This document shows positions 62,696 to 64,000 of a DNA stretch of 64,000 nt, one piece after another (position 1 is the stretch's first letter; each line of letters begins with the position of its first letter). This stretch comes from Malacoraja senta (lineage: Eukaryota). The translations under genes and the position numbers were made by a program. Where the stretch lies: contig JAXLNO010000338.1 of assembly GCA_038087875.1 (NCBI GenBank), positions 124,001 through 188,000 of the forward strand. The letters run 5' to 3'. The notes beneath the pieces were generated by a model. The model ran no database searches. It had not been told where the DNA came from and saw only the letters and a program-made list of their open reading frames with translations.

Positions 62696-64000
62696 AAAAA
62701 TCATTTGAAAGAATAATAACATTAGCTTTATTCATTGGAAACAATAAACTGAATTTGAATAGTCAAGAGAAACACCGCTATTTTAGATTTTAATCAGTCG
62801 GATGAAGCAAAAACAATGAAATTTGTTCCCTTTTTAGTGAAGGCACCATCATTTTAATAGGAGAACACATTTCACAATAACATTTGAAGAAGTACATCAG
62901 TTTTGCAAACTACATTTCAATCATTTAATCCCGTTCATTTAATCCACTATTACCAATGAAGAATAATGTCTGAAGTTTACTGACCTTCTGCAGAGGAACT
63001 TGTGTGGAATTCTGGAGAAGCAGCAACGTGGCTTTGAGCCCAGCACAGGACAAGCTGAGGTTCCCTCACACTGCACAGTAACTGACACTGCCTCTTGTCA
63101 AACTAAATGACACCCCCCCCCCCTCCAGCTCAGGGTTCCGGCACCACTGGTGTTGATACAAATGGGTTCAGATATAGAATTATACCACAAATAAAGATTC
63201 CATCAGGAAGCGAACTTGCACCTTTGCGATTTTGAACATTTCGAATGGATCTCAAATGGGAGAGCTCCAGGTGCTTTGCTGCATCCTGCTGGGCCTGATG
63301 TTCCACGAGAGAGTACATGCAATCCAGGGAGGCCTGCCATTTCATGATGAAAAAACCTCCATAGAGGGTTCTGTTCATTAAACATGCTGGCAATTCCATT
63401 GCACCCATTAGGATAAACTGAACCATTCCCGGAGAGAGGATTGGCCCTGGTGAAAGGAGAAAGAACATACTGTTTCCTCGCTTGCCTCTTCATGGGAAGG
63501 AGCCCACAGATTTCACCATGGGAAGTTTTCACTGTCCTAATGAATGCCCACATTTATTAGTCAGCTGAGCAAAATCTCGAATGACATTAAAAGAAGCAAG
63601 AGTACAGAGCGTACACTGGGTGTGGACCTCAGCATCCATCATTGGGAGTGGCTTGATCACACGACCACTCACTGAGATGGCCGAACCCTGAAGGATGTGT
63701 CTACCAGGCTCTTTCTACAGCAGGTAGAGAATGAGCCAACACAAGGGACTGACCTACTTGACCTCCTCCTCTCCTGTCCACCTGCAACAGGTGAATCTGT
63801 TGACCATGGCTTTGGCAGAAATCAGAAGACCATTGCACAGTTCTCATTGAGGACAATGTTTTGTCATTATACCAAAGTCATCCCATATTGCTCTGACTGG
63901 CACAACAGTTTTTGATGTCATCTTCCCAAAGGAGCTGCAGAGGCTGAGACATTGACTATGTTCAAGGTAGAGGATGATTGACTATAAACTCAACAGAAGT

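Noticed and set aside
62980..63915. Short ORFs and possible exons in apparently unique sequence
   Set aside because: No recognisable domain, overlapping frames with stops, and insufficient splice evidence.

Overview
Repeat-dense vertebrate genomic DNA, most likely from a cartilaginous fish such as a skate or ray. That is an inference from tRNA-derived HE1/V-SINE-like elements with CR1 tails, abundant esterase-ORF1 CR1 LINEs and the C2H2 gene type. Only one host-type gene is recognisable: a KRAB-less tandem C2H2 zinc-finger gene (coding exon about 17034-18361, +) with decayed fingers downstream and a candidate upstream exon/promoter. The rest is a nested set of transposons: a frameshifted Ty3/Gypsy gag-pol, a Tc1 relic, a full-length CR1 with 147-bp 5' monomers, many CR1 fragments, Penelope-like (GIY-YIG) fragments ending in minimal hammerhead-ribozyme motifs, a decayed DIRS1 element with intact ITR/ICR termini, Rex1/Babar, L1 and L2 pieces, Helitron ends and a helicase fragment, THAP relics, a MITE and several minisatellites. 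The most interesting candidates are (1) a GC-rich ~0.85-0.95 kb non-coding retroelement family with a shared body but different LINE-derived 3' tails, (2) dispersed and tandem hammerhead-bearing Penelope terminal modules, (3) the near-intact CR1 with a monomeric 5' UTR, and (4) the DIRS1 circle-junction signature. All family assignments come from motif recognition by eye; no searches were run.
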